In this document: in pieces, positions 19,631 through 28,640 of the stretch | Layout of the letters: the number at the start of each line of letters is the position of its first letter | Position numbering within the stretch: the stretch's first letter is position 1 | Assembly (NCBI GenBank): GCA_963819015.1 | Contig: CAWFUN010000007.1 | Location: forward strand, 677,741-741,740 | DNA: 64,000 nt | Reading direction: 5' to 3' | From: Terriglobia bacterium | GTDB taxonomy: Bacteria > Acidobacteriota > Terriglobia > Acidiferrales > UBA7541 | Position numbers and translations under genes: made by a program | Notes under the pieces: model-generated | What the model was told of the DNA's origin: nothing | What the model saw: the letters and a program-made list of their open reading frames with translations, nothing else | The model's database searches: none

Positions 19631-20953
19631 TCAGTTTCCGGAGGCAGGAGCCCTCTCAAAAGACTCCGCGTCTGCCATTCCAGAGGCCAGAATAAGCGCT
19701 CGTGCGGCATCCCGCATCCGGGGCCAGTAGCGCCAAAACAGGAAAGCGCCGGCGAGGCAGCCCGCCCCGCCCAGTGCCACCGTGAACTGGGCGCCCCACT
19801 TGTTTGCAAGCGCCCCTGCGAACAGGGCTCCGAATGGCGCCATCCCGGCCATCATCATCGTGTAAAGCGCCATCAGTCTTCCGCGCAAGCGGTCGGGGGC
19901 CATCGCCTGTATGAGGGTATTCGTGCAGGCGAGTTGGAGCATCATGGCGTAGCCGGTCGGGACGAGGATGACGAGCGACACCCAGTACCACCTCGAATAT
20001 CCAAAGATAATCAGGCTCGCGCCAAAGGCTCCGGCTGACACCGCCACCCACCGCGCGAGACCCCTTACCCCCCTTCGAGTCGCCAGCGTCAGTGCTCCGA
20101 AAAGAGCGCCCACGCCCGTTGCGCCCATCAACCAGCCGAGCGCCTGCGCTCCGCCATGCAAGACGTGATCCGCGAAGATGGGCATCAGCACCGCGAACGG
20201 CATGCCCACCAAACTGGCCAGCCCAATCAGCAGGAGCAACGCCCAAATCGGCGCCGTCCCGCGGGCAAAGCGAAATCCTTCCACGAGGTTATCGAGCGCC
20301 GACTGTTCGTTCTCGCGCTCGGCCGGTTTTTCGATCCGCATCATGAAGAGCCCGATGATCACGGCGATGTAACTCACGGCGTTGGCGAAGAAACACCATC
20401 CTTCCCCAATCGTAGCCACCAGGATGCCGGCGATGGCCGGGCCGACGATTCGCGCACCATTGAACATCGAGGAGTTCAACGCGATCGCGTTCATCAGGTT
20501 TTCGCGGCTCACCATCTCGATGAGAAACGCCTGCCTCGCGGGAATGTCGATGGCGTTGACTACGCCGAGCAGCGCCGCCAGGACCACGATCTCCCAGACC
20601 GTCAGGTGGTGCGTCAGCGTCATCGCCGCCAGGATGAACGCCAGGATCATCGACGCCGTCTGCGTCCCGATGACCACCTTCTGCCGGTTCCAGCGATCCG
20701 CCACCAGACCGCCGACTGGCGCAAACACGAATATGGGGAATTGGCTGGCAAATGCAACGGTCCCGAGCAGCAGCGATGAACCCGTCATGCGATAGACCAA
20801 CCAGGACTGCGCCACGGTCTGCATCCAGGTCCCAATCAGAGAGATCATTTGTCCGCTGAGGAAAAGCTGAAAATTCCTGTGCCGCAGCGAGCGAAACGTC
20901 GTCCGGCTCCAGTGCGGCCGCGCCAGTTCTTCGATTTGGGTTTCGCGAGCCAT
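19631..20953 (-). CDS. MFS transporter (EntS/MFS_3-like)
   Basis: 440 aa, 12 predicted TM segments; motifs GLVADRWNRQK and LGVVNAIDIPARQAF typical of MFS family 3 exporters. Confidence 0.85.
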   Translation of the reverse strand: MARETQIEELARPHWSRTTFRSLRHRNFQLFLSGQMISLIGTWMQTVAQSWLVYRMTGSSLLLGTVAFASQFPIFVFAPVGGLVADRWNRQKVVIGTQTASMILAFILAAMTLTHHLTVWEIVVLAALLGVVNAIDIPARQAFLIEMVSRENLMNAIALNSSMFNGARIVGPAIAGILVATIGEGWCFFANAVSYIAVIIGLFMMRIEKPAERENEQSALDNLVEGFRFARGTAPIWALLLLIGLASLVGMPFAVLMPIFADHVLHGGAQALGWLMGATGVGALFGALTLATRRGVRGLARWVAVSAGAFGASLIIFGYSRWYWVSLVILVPTGYAMMLQLACTNTLIQAMAPDRLRGRLMALYTMMMAGMAPFGALFAGALANKWGAQFTVALGGAGCLAGAFLFWRYWPRMRDAARALILASGMADAESFERAPASGN

Positions 20954-21092
20954 TCTCGTCTTCCATTATATAAGAGCCATTTCTTCGCTCGAAACAAACG
21001 AAGCACGCGCGGTTCCTGCCAGGTTTCGGCAGGCGGTTAGTGACCCGCCTTCCCGTGCTCGGGATGTTCCATCGCCTGCCGCGGCGGACTTC

Positions 21093-21220
21093 GGCGCGGC
21101 AAGCCCGCCACCTGCCGCTGCGGGTGAACTGCGTCCAGGCTCTGGGCTGCGGCGCGACAAGCCCGCCACCTGCCGCTGCGGGTGAACTGCGTCCAGGCTC
21201 TGGGCTGCGGCGCGACAAGC
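21093..21220. repeat. 58-bp tandem direct repeat, 2.2 copies
   Basis: ggcgcg[g/a]caagcccgccacctgccgctgcgggtgaactgcgtccaggctctgggctgc at 21093-21150 and 21151-21208 (1 mismatch), a partial third copy from 21209, and a distal fragment ggcgcggcaagcgagggac at 21305-21323. Contiguous with no spacers, so not CRISPR. Confidence 0.6.
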
Positions 21221-21385
21221 AAGTGGCCCGCCTTTCCGACCAGGTCCCCGTACTCGGGGCAGGCGGAACTCGCACGAGACGCTTGTCGCCCAAGCCCAAG
21301 GCTTCGGCGCGGCAAGCGAGGGACTTTCTCTTGGCAGGCTGCAAGTGCAGCCCGCACCCGGGTACCCCCCCTCCCCCATGTTTTT

Positions 21386-21524
21386 ATGTATCTGCTGAAT
21401 CCAAAGGGGTTACGGGCAAAAATCGTGGATCTGCTGATTCTAAAGGGTTTAAAGTCCTTTGTTTTCAACATCATAAGAAAATGCTTGTAAGTGCTGAATC
21501 TAAAGGACTTAAAGTCCTTTGCTG
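21386..21524. repeat. AT-rich region with three iterated ctgctgaatc[c/t]aaagg motifs and near-palindromic aaaggacttaaagtccttt; candidate operator/iterons at the left edge of the R-M island
   Basis: atctgctgaatccaaagggg (21390), atctgctgattctaaagggtttaaagtcctttg (21429-21461) and agtgctgaatctaaaggacttaaagtcctttg (21490-21521). Local GC is well below the window average. Confidence 0.4.
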
Positions 21525-21760
21525 TGTATGACTTTCGGGGGCTGCACAAAAATGGTGCAATTGGAGGGATTGCGGAGTCGAAATTCTTAGCCACGGATGG
21601 ACACGGATCGACACGGACGGGGAGAGTCGAGGTTGCGATGCCGGGCGGGAATCGTTCGAAATGTTGTTCCGAGTTCACGCCGCATGTTAGCACACAAGTA
21701 CCGGCGTGTCAAGTATATTTAGTGAGTTACTATTCGAATAGAGGGCGTCGCGGCCGCCCG

Positions 21761-22453
21761 TCAGAGTTCGCCGCGAAAGGCTTTCGAGAGGATCGAAGGC
21801 ATGAGGGCGTCGAGATCGGCAGAGACTTCAGGGTCGGGATTCTCGAATACGTCTCGCAACTCGGCATTGACGGCGACCTCGTGATCCTTCTGCCATAACA
21901 AGTATTCGCCCGATACCCAAAGATAGTGGTCCAAATCCCGATTGGAAAACTGGTGGTCTATATTCGTTCTGAGATTCTCGAAGTTCGCAAAAAAAGCCAA
22001 ATAGGGATGATCCTTATTGGAGGCGTAGTTGCCTTTTCCCAGGTGTAGCCTGACCATGCGAACGGAATATGAATCCATGATTGGAAATCGTTCCGCGTCT
22101 ATGAAGAAGTGAGCAAATTTTGAGGCAAAGCTATGGAAGTGCGGATACTTCTTCCCTGCTTCCTCAGGAAGGCACGCAAGAGTTTCGACCAACTCAGGTC
22201 CGGGGCTCGCTAGACTGTGTTTCTCAAGAACCTCCGAGACGTGGAGCGCCACTGGCACGATGGCTATGACGTTCGTGCCGTAAAGCGCGTTTATGACAGT
22301 GGCTTTGATGAGCGCTTCGCGCGGAGCGAAGCCGGGAAGTTGTAGGGACACCCATGCAAGGGCTTCATCTTTTAGCTTCCACTGTTGAAGACTGCTGTGG
22401 AGTCGTTTGGCTGCCTCAAGCTGGCCTGGTTGAATTGGTATCGAGGCGGGCAT
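21761..22453 (-). CDS. hypothetical protein translationally coupled to hsdS; C-terminal 17 aa identical to the HsdS C-terminus; possible HEPN-like Rx4H
   Basis: 230 aa. Its ATG overlaps the hsdS TAA (TAATG). The last ~60 nt (21761-21820) are 90% identical to the hsdS 3' end (22453-22512), so both proteins end LDALMPSILSKAFRGEL. ENLRTNIDHQF fits Rx4H. No TRD motifs. Low GC. Confidence 0.5.
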   Translation of the reverse strand: MPASIPIQPGQLEAAKRLHSSLQQWKLKDEALAWVSLQLPGFAPREALIKATVINALYGTNVIAIVPVALHVSEVLEKHSLASPGPELVETLACLPEEAGKKYPHFHSFASKFAHFFIDAERFPIMDSYSVRMVRLHLGKGNYASNKDHPYLAFFANFENLRTNIDHQFSNRDLDHYLWVSGEYLLWQKDHEVAVNAELRDVFENPDPEVSADLDALMPSILSKAFRGEL

Positions 22454-23635
22454 TAGAGTTCGCCGCGAAAGGCTTTGGAGAGGATGGAGGGCATTAGGGC
22501 GTCGAGTTCGGCGGCGCTGTGAGTTTGAAGTTGCTCCAGAGCTTCGAGTTTCTTGTACAGGTCATCGAGTTCTAACACAGACTGTCTTTGCTCGTCCGGC
22601 GTTGGCACCGGGATCGCAAAATCGAGGAGCTTTTCCGTTTCGAGCTTTCGAGTGTCGTGTGTCGATTTTTCGATGAGGTCAAGTAGGCGCGGATTGAGTG
22701 CCCAAATACAAGTGCACAGGTATTCCGGCAAGATTTCCTCGTTGGGTACCATTGCCTTAATGTCTTGATTGATCGCGGCTGGAACTCTCAGTATCGCTGC
22801 CGGAACTGTGTGAGCGAGAATCATCCCGCGGACCACTATTAACACGGAGTTAGGATCAAGCAGTTTGGCATTTGTTTCCCGGGTGGCTGTTTCAGAGATA
22901 TGATCCTGGGAATTGTAGAGTTCGCGCACCTTCATGTCCTTTGGTGAAATCCAGGGGGTGGAACCACTCCAGTACATTGGATTCGATTTGCTCGGGGTGC
23001 CTCCTCCTTTTAGCGACACGAGATCGCGTAGCCGTTTGACTACCGCCTGTGTTGAGTTTTTGAGAAGTTGCTCTGCAGCCCTCTGCCAAAGGCGGAGACG
23101 CTCTGTTTGAGCCTCGGCGCGGAGTGTTTGGGTCTGTGCGAATTTTCTCAGCTAATTCCTCGATGCGAGAGACGATGCGGCGTTGTTCGTCGAGGGAAGG
23201 AAGGGGAACCTCACTCTTCAGAAACCCCTCAGGCTGTAGGCGAACCCTGTTTGTGGTTCCCTCGCTCGCCGCTTTGCAGGCATCAACGAATTCAGCCGTG
23301 CCGAAGTACGCGTCGAGGAAGGCGGGAACGGCAGACTGTAAATTGACTGCGAACGCCCAAAAGTCATTGGTTACGATCGCCCCATCCAATTCTAGTGGCA
23401 CGATGCCAATTGCGCCGTTGCGAGCATCGATGCGAGAGAGCAGAACCTGACCCTGGCGAACTTGCCATTGCCTGGTGGTTCGTATGGCCGATCCGAGTTT
23501 TTCGCCCCTAAGCACCACTCCCTTGTGGAAGAGGCGCACGGTTACCTGCTTGTATGTTTCATGAGGAGCGATCGCGACACTATCCTGGACGCGGGTCAGA
23601 ACACTCGCTAGCGATCGTTTCGGGTAGGCCCTCAT
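22453..23635 (-). pseudogene. hsdS: Type I restriction-modification specificity subunit HsdS, interrupted by a -1 frameshift in the central conserved region (~23135-23150)
   Basis: Frame A (22892..23635) gives TRD1 plus LPSLDEQRRIVSRIEELAEKI and then nonsense. Frame B (22453..23019, extendable upstream) gives ...AQTQTLRAEAQTERLRLWQRAAEQLLKNSTQAVVKRLRDLVSLKGGGTPSKSNPMYWSGSTPWISPKDM (TRD2) ending LPSILSKAFRGEL. Confidence 0.75.
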
Positions 23636-23640
23636 ACAGG

Positions 23641-25204
23641 TTACTTGCGAAGGGCGGCTTGGATTTCTTCAACCAGGGCCAGAATATGCCGCTCCTTAGC
23701 GCATAAGTCGTCTACGAGTTTCCCGGGTGGCATGTGCTCAAAGTCTTCTTTGGCATTCGGGTTCTTGATGTCGAGATTGGCGGATACAACCGCACCCTGT
23801 TCATCGTACTTCAGAACAGTCGAGACGGGCACTTTCCAGGCAAGCTCGTTCTCTTGGCGTTTGCCCCACCACTCTAGGCACGGCTCAAATTCCTCGAATC
23901 GCATGGTTTGTGTTTTCGTGTAATTTTTCCGGCCCTCGGGGAGGGGTTGCTCGTAATACCAAATCTCCTTGGTTGGTCCCGAGCGGTCAAAGAAGAGAAG
24001 ATTTGTCGGGATATTCGTATAGGGTGCGAAAACTCCGTTCGGCAATCGGACGATCGTATGGAGGTTGAATTCTTTGAGAAGCTCTTCCTTGATGCGCGCG
24101 CAAATACCGTCGCCGAACAGTACGCCGTTCGGCACAACCATGCCGCAGCGGCCCGGCTTTGCGCCTCCCACCGGGCGGCGAAGTTTGCGCATGATGAGCT
24201 GGAGGAATAGAAGGGCGGTCTCGGCGGTCTTCTTGTCCTCGGGGAAATTCGAGAGGATCCCGCGCTCTTCCTCGCCGCCAAAGGGCGGATTGGTCATGAT
24301 GATGTCCACGCGGTCCTTGTCCCCGATTTCGCGCAAGGGAAAGCGGAGGGCGTTTTCTGGATCAATGTCCGGCGATTCCAGGCCGTGGAGCAGGAGGTTC
24401 ATCTGGCATAGCAGGTAAGGAAGCGACTTCGGTTCGATTCCGAAAAGGGTGCCCTTCTGCAGCCGATTGAAGTCTTCCGTCTTCTTGCATTGCTCTTGCA
24501 GGTGCGTAAATGCTTCGACGAGAAAGCCGCCCGTGCCCGCCGCAGGGTCGAGGATGGTTTCGCCCAGGCGGGGATTCAAGACGGAGACGATGAATTTGAC
24601 AACGGGACGCGGCGTGTAGAATTCACCGGAATCGCCCGCCGAGTCTCGCATTTCGCGGAGCATGGACTCGTAGAGCAAGCCTAGCGTGTGGATTTCATCT
24701 TTGGACGTGAAGTGGATTTCATTGATTTTGTTGACCACATCGCGGAGGAGGTAGCCGTTGGTCATGCGGTTGAACGTGCCCTGGAAAACCTTGGCGATCA
24801 CGTCGCGGCGGTCACCGTTTGCGCTGCGCAGCGAACGCAGATAAGCAAAGAGGCCCGTCGCCACGCTTGCCGTCCGGGCGGATGGCTTCGTCCTGATTGA
24901 TGAAGGCGATTAGCTCTGGGCCGGTGATGCCCATCGGGTTCGCAGCCCAATCGCGCCAGCGGTAGGGCGGTTCGATGGCGGGGCGGAAGCGCTTGCCGGC
25001 GAGTTTGGCTTCTTCGGCGCGGATGCTCTCCATGTCATCAAGGAACTTGAGGAACATGATCCAGGTGAGCATCGGCAGGCGGTCAAGGTCGCCGTTGAGG
25101 CCTTTGTCCTTGCGCATGATGTCGCGGCAGGATTTGACAATGGAAGCGAGCTGCTGGGCGGTGGATTGCGGGAGTTCCTTGTTGCTGTTTTTTGTTCGGG
25201 CCAT
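23641..25204 (-). pseudogene. hsdM: Type I R-M methyltransferase subunit HsdM, interrupted by a +1 frameshift in a GGG run (~24854-24856)
   Basis: N-terminal HsdM_N domain in ORF 24812..25204 (...FINQDEAIRPDGKRGDGP then nonsense). The catalytic part is in ORF 23641..24864 (GLFAYLRSL...NPPFG...), offset by one nucleotide. Removing one G from gacGGGcct restores ...KRGDGLFAYLRSL. Confidence 0.75.
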
Positions 25205-27522
25205 AGGTGTCTAGTTAGGGCTGCGTAGAGGAGCGTCTGCAATTCGTCCACGGCCGCGCGCAGCATTTCCGCGCCGCCGAACATTTGCGAAATCTCCATC
25301 ACGCTGCCTCGATCTGAAATCGGCGGCACTTTCAGAATCTCCGGGATGGCGAATTGCGCCGTGCCATAGTCTACATACTTATCGAGAATATCGTGCAAGA
25401 CTTCGCGGGCTTTTTCGGAATACCGCTCGAAGAAGGCCTTCTGTTCTTTCCGAAGCCGTTCGGCGCGCTCTCGGCGCGTGCGAATCGGGGCGCTGTAAGC
25501 GACCTGGCAGAGAAGATCGAACGGGTCCGCGTCCGGTTGGTTTGATGCAGCGATGAGTTCTTCGAGCGCAATGCCGCGCTCTTCCAGGGCCTGAATGATT
25601 TCAGCGCGTTGGTCGGCGTCAGACCATTTTGAGCGGAGATCCGCCGCGGAGGGGCACATACTCGCGCACTTTCTCGCCCGTGTAGTCCGTGAAGCGGACG
25701 ACGCGAAGCTGCTTGCCTTCGGCATCCAGTTCGGAAACGAAGTGGGCCACGATTTCGATGGAACCCTGGTCCACGTAAAATTTGCGGGGCGCTTGTTCCT
25801 TCTTGCCTCCGGGTTCGAGGATTTGCGGCGGCAAGGGATCGGCGATGACTTCCTCGGGCTTTTCGATGTCGGCTTTGACGTTCTCGCCTGCGGCGTTCAT
25901 TTCCTCGACGGTCACCAAAGCGGGTTCGCCATCGAAATCGGGATCGGAGAAAAGGCGCGTGGCGCTTCCGGTGTAATCGAGGATGTTGAAAAAGAGCTTG
26001 CCGTAGTCGTCCTTGACGCGGGTGCCGCGTCCGATGATCTGCTTGAATTCGGTCATCGAGTTGATGATGCGAGCGATGACGATGTTCTTGCAGGTTTGAA
26101 CATCCACGCCGGTGGTCAGAAGTTGAGAAGTAGTGACAATCGTTGGGGTTGCAGTCTCAAGCTCCATGAAGCGGTCTAAGTGGCCGCGTCCCGTTTTGCC
26201 TTCATCCGCGGTGATGCGGACAACGTAATCCGGGTATTGCTGGACCAAATCCGCGTTGAGATTGTTGAGAGCGTGGCGCATGTCTTCGGCGTGTTCCTGG
26301 TCAACGCAAAAGACGATGGTTTTGTCGAATCTCCCATTCGCTTTCAGAAAATCGGTGAGATTGCGGGCGATGGTTTCGGTGCGAGGGAGGAGAGAGACTT
26401 TGCGCTCAAAATCCTTGGTGGTGTATTCGGCGTCCGGGATTTCGCGCCCTAAGCGGTCAAGCTGGCCACGATTCGGCCGCCAGCCAACGGAATCGGCGCT
26501 GGTGACGATGCGATGGACGCGATAGGGCGCCAGGAAACCGTCTTCGATGCCCTGCCGCAAGCTGTAGGTGTAGAGCGGATTGCCGAAGTAGAGATACGTG
26601 TCGCGGTTGTCTTCGCGCTTCGGGGTGGCGGTCATGCCGAGCTGGAAGGCAGGCTCGAAATACTTCAGGATATCTTTCCAGTTGGAATCGTCGGCTGCGC
26701 TGCCGCGGTGGCACTCGTCCACGACGATGAGGTCAAAGAAATCCCTCGGGTAGTCACGGTAAAGGCCGGGGCGGCGTTCGTCTTTGGCGATCGCCTGATA
26801 GGTCGCGAAATACATCTCGCGGCTCTTGATGGCCTCGCCCTCGATCTTGTGCCGGGCGTCGCCAAAGGGGGTAAAGATTTTGTCCTTGGGGTCGTCCACG
26901 AGGATGTTGCGGTCGGCAAGATAGAGAATGCGAGGACGGCGTGCTGGATCACCAGTCCGATTCCATTTGGTGTTCCAGAGTTTGTAGCAAATCTGGAAGG
27001 CGACGACGGTCTTGCCGGTGCCCGTGGCAAGGGTGAGAAGAACGCGCTTCTGGCCCTGAAGAATGGCGCGGATGGCGCTGTTGATGGCGATCTCTTGGTA
27101 GTAGCGCGGCGATTTTCCGGAGAGATGGTAGTACGGGGTGAGAAGGCGTTCGACGATCTGGCTGGGGATGTTTTCGCCGTGCTTGAGGCGCTGCCAGAGT
27201 TCGTCGGGAGACGGGAAGCTTTCGAGAGTGCTGTTCGAGGCCGGTCAGTGAAATCGTGCTCGACGATGCCGTGGCCGTTGGTGGAGTAGGCAAACTTCAG
27301 ACCAAGGATTTGTGCGTACTCCATCGCCTGGCCGAGACCATCGGCGGGTTTCTTGTAGTCGGCCTTGGCTTCAACGATGGCGATTGCAAAGTCAGGGCGG
27401 TAGCGGAGGAGATAGTCGGCGCGCTTCTGTTTGCGGCGGATCGTGCGGTTGCCAGCGACGACGATCCGGCCATCGGTGAAAGTCCGCTGCTCGTTGATGT
27501 GGTCGTCCGTCCCAGCCTGCAC
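25204..27522 (-). pseudogene. hsdR: Type I restriction enzyme R subunit HsdR (EcoEI-like C-terminal domain family), with at least two frameshifts (~27240-27250 and ~25650-25655)
   Basis: Three consecutive frames carry collinear HsdR sequence: the N-terminal nuclease domain (ORF 26665..27522, real up to NGHGIVEHDFT); the helicase core (frame of 25619..26899, which extends upstream to STLESFPSPDELWQRL...YYQEIAINSAIRAILQGQKRVLLTLATGTGKT, VVDECHR, QLLTTGVDV, QIIGRGTR); and the C-terminal domain (ORF 24910..25725 from SAADLRSKWSDADQRAEIIQALEERG... to ELQTLLYA). That frame then reads through the hsdM start with no stop. Confidence 0.75.
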
Positions 27523-27654
27523 GCGTAGAGCTTCGGGAGGACATATTTTCGACAGGTGTCTGCTTCGGTGAGTAAAGGCATGCCTCTGATATCAGCGCCG
27601 CTCGAATTACGACGGCGAATAGTATGGGTTCGAGTAATGCAGGATAACACGCCG

Positions 27655-27712
27655 AGCGGGGGGTGAGGCAGAGAGGTCCCTCACTTCGTTCGGGATGACA
27701 ACGCTGGGGAGG
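27655..27712. repeat. partial copy of the 10479-10583 palindromic element at the right edge of the R-M island
   Basis: agcggggggtgaggcagagaggtccctcacttcgttcgggatgacaacg shares agcgggtgagg, ttcgttc and ttcgg[a/g]atgacaac with the element at 10479-10583; it has an internal hairpin gtgagg/cctcac. Confidence 0.3.
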
Positions 27713-27739
27713 GCGAGCGGATGGGGCGCGGAGAAAGGC

Positions 27740-28483
27740 TTACGGCGCGGGCTGGGTCTTGCTCGGCGGGAGCAAGGTCCGGCGCAGTAGCATTCCCAGC
27801 GCGGCCATCGCGAACGTAACGCCCCAATAGACTCGCATGGGATGCGCCAACTGGAACGTGAAGGCAAGCGCCACGCCTCCGGTGCCGAAGGAAAACCACC
27901 AAAACTCACCCAGAAAGCCGTCGAGCCAGTGCGGCGGATTCCCGGCCGATGGCACGCGCGGCCACAGCGACGGGATAAATCGAGGCACAGCTTTGCAATA
28001 GGCGCGGTACGACTCCCCTTGCGCCGCACTCAGTTCCTTTTCCTCGTGGGAAATGAGCCGTAGGCAGAAAATCAGCAAAGCGAAAACGAGAACGAGGAAC
28101 CCTGTCCGGCTCGCCAACAAACCGACCCCCGCGCCCGCAATGACGTTTCCGAGATACAGCGGATTGCGGACGTAGCGGAACGGCCCGTCGGCCAACAGGC
28201 GCTCGGCGTGGACGCGCTTGTCGTGCATCACTTCGGTCTTCAGGTAGGACGTCCCCCACGCCCGGATCGCTCCACCCAGAAACACCAGCGCGGCAGAAAC
28301 GAGAAACGCAATGCGCACCCACGTGTCCACTGAAAGGCGCGGATCGCGATGCGCCAGCTTTTCCGCCAGGAATAGTACGCAGGTCTCGCGGTCAAAGGTG
28401 TAGCAAGCGAACGCCAGGAAGAAAATTCCCATGAAAATCCAGAACCGGTGATGAAACTCGAAGGGAGCTTCTTTTGATTCCAC
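27740..28483 (-). CDS. isoprenylcysteine carboxyl methyltransferase (ICMT/PEMT) family membrane methyltransferase
   Basis: 247 aa, multi-TM, with the RYVRNPLYLGNVI and HEEKEL motifs characteristic of ICMT-family SAM-dependent methyltransferases. Confidence 0.7.
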   Translation of the reverse strand: MESKEAPFEFHHRFWIFMGIFFLAFACYTFDRETCVLFLAEKLAHRDPRLSVDTWVRIAFLVSAALVFLGGAIRAWGTSYLKTEVMHDKRVHAERLLADGPFRYVRNPLYLGNVIAGAGVGLLASRTGFLVLVFALLIFCLRLISHEEKELSAAQGESYRAYCKAVPRFIPSLWPRVPSAGNPPHWLDGFLGEFWWFSFGTGGVALAFTFQLAHPMRVYWGVTFAMAALGMLLRRTLLPPSKTQPAP

Positions 28484-28640
28484 ATGGCCTCCGGGCTGTC
28501 GCTACAGCGTACGCCTCTGCCCCGCAGGAGTTTCACGCGTTCGCGCGATTCGCGCAACCCCTATGCGCCCAAATCCACTCGGCATAGTGCGCTTGTCAAA
28601 GAGATGTTGCGATGCGAATGCGCGGACAGAATTGCCCGCG

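Noticed and set aside
21093-21220. CRISPR array
   Set aside because: The repeats are directly contiguous with no spacers, only 2.2 copies, and no cas genes.
20156-21693. ORFs 20156..20779 (+), 20289..21344 (-), 21037..21693 (-), 21040..21531 (+)
   Set aside because: They overlap the MFS gene or run through the tandem and AT-rich repeats. No RBS and no domains; treated as non-coding.
24910-25725. 271-aa ORF as an independent gene
   Set aside because: Its first ~150 aa are the HsdR C-terminal domain. The remainder is out-of-frame read-through across the hsdM N-terminus.
26665-27522. 285-aa ORF as a full gene
   Set aside because: Only the first ~95 codons (HsdR nuclease domain) are real. The Ser/Pro/Arg-rich remainder is the helicase core read out of frame.
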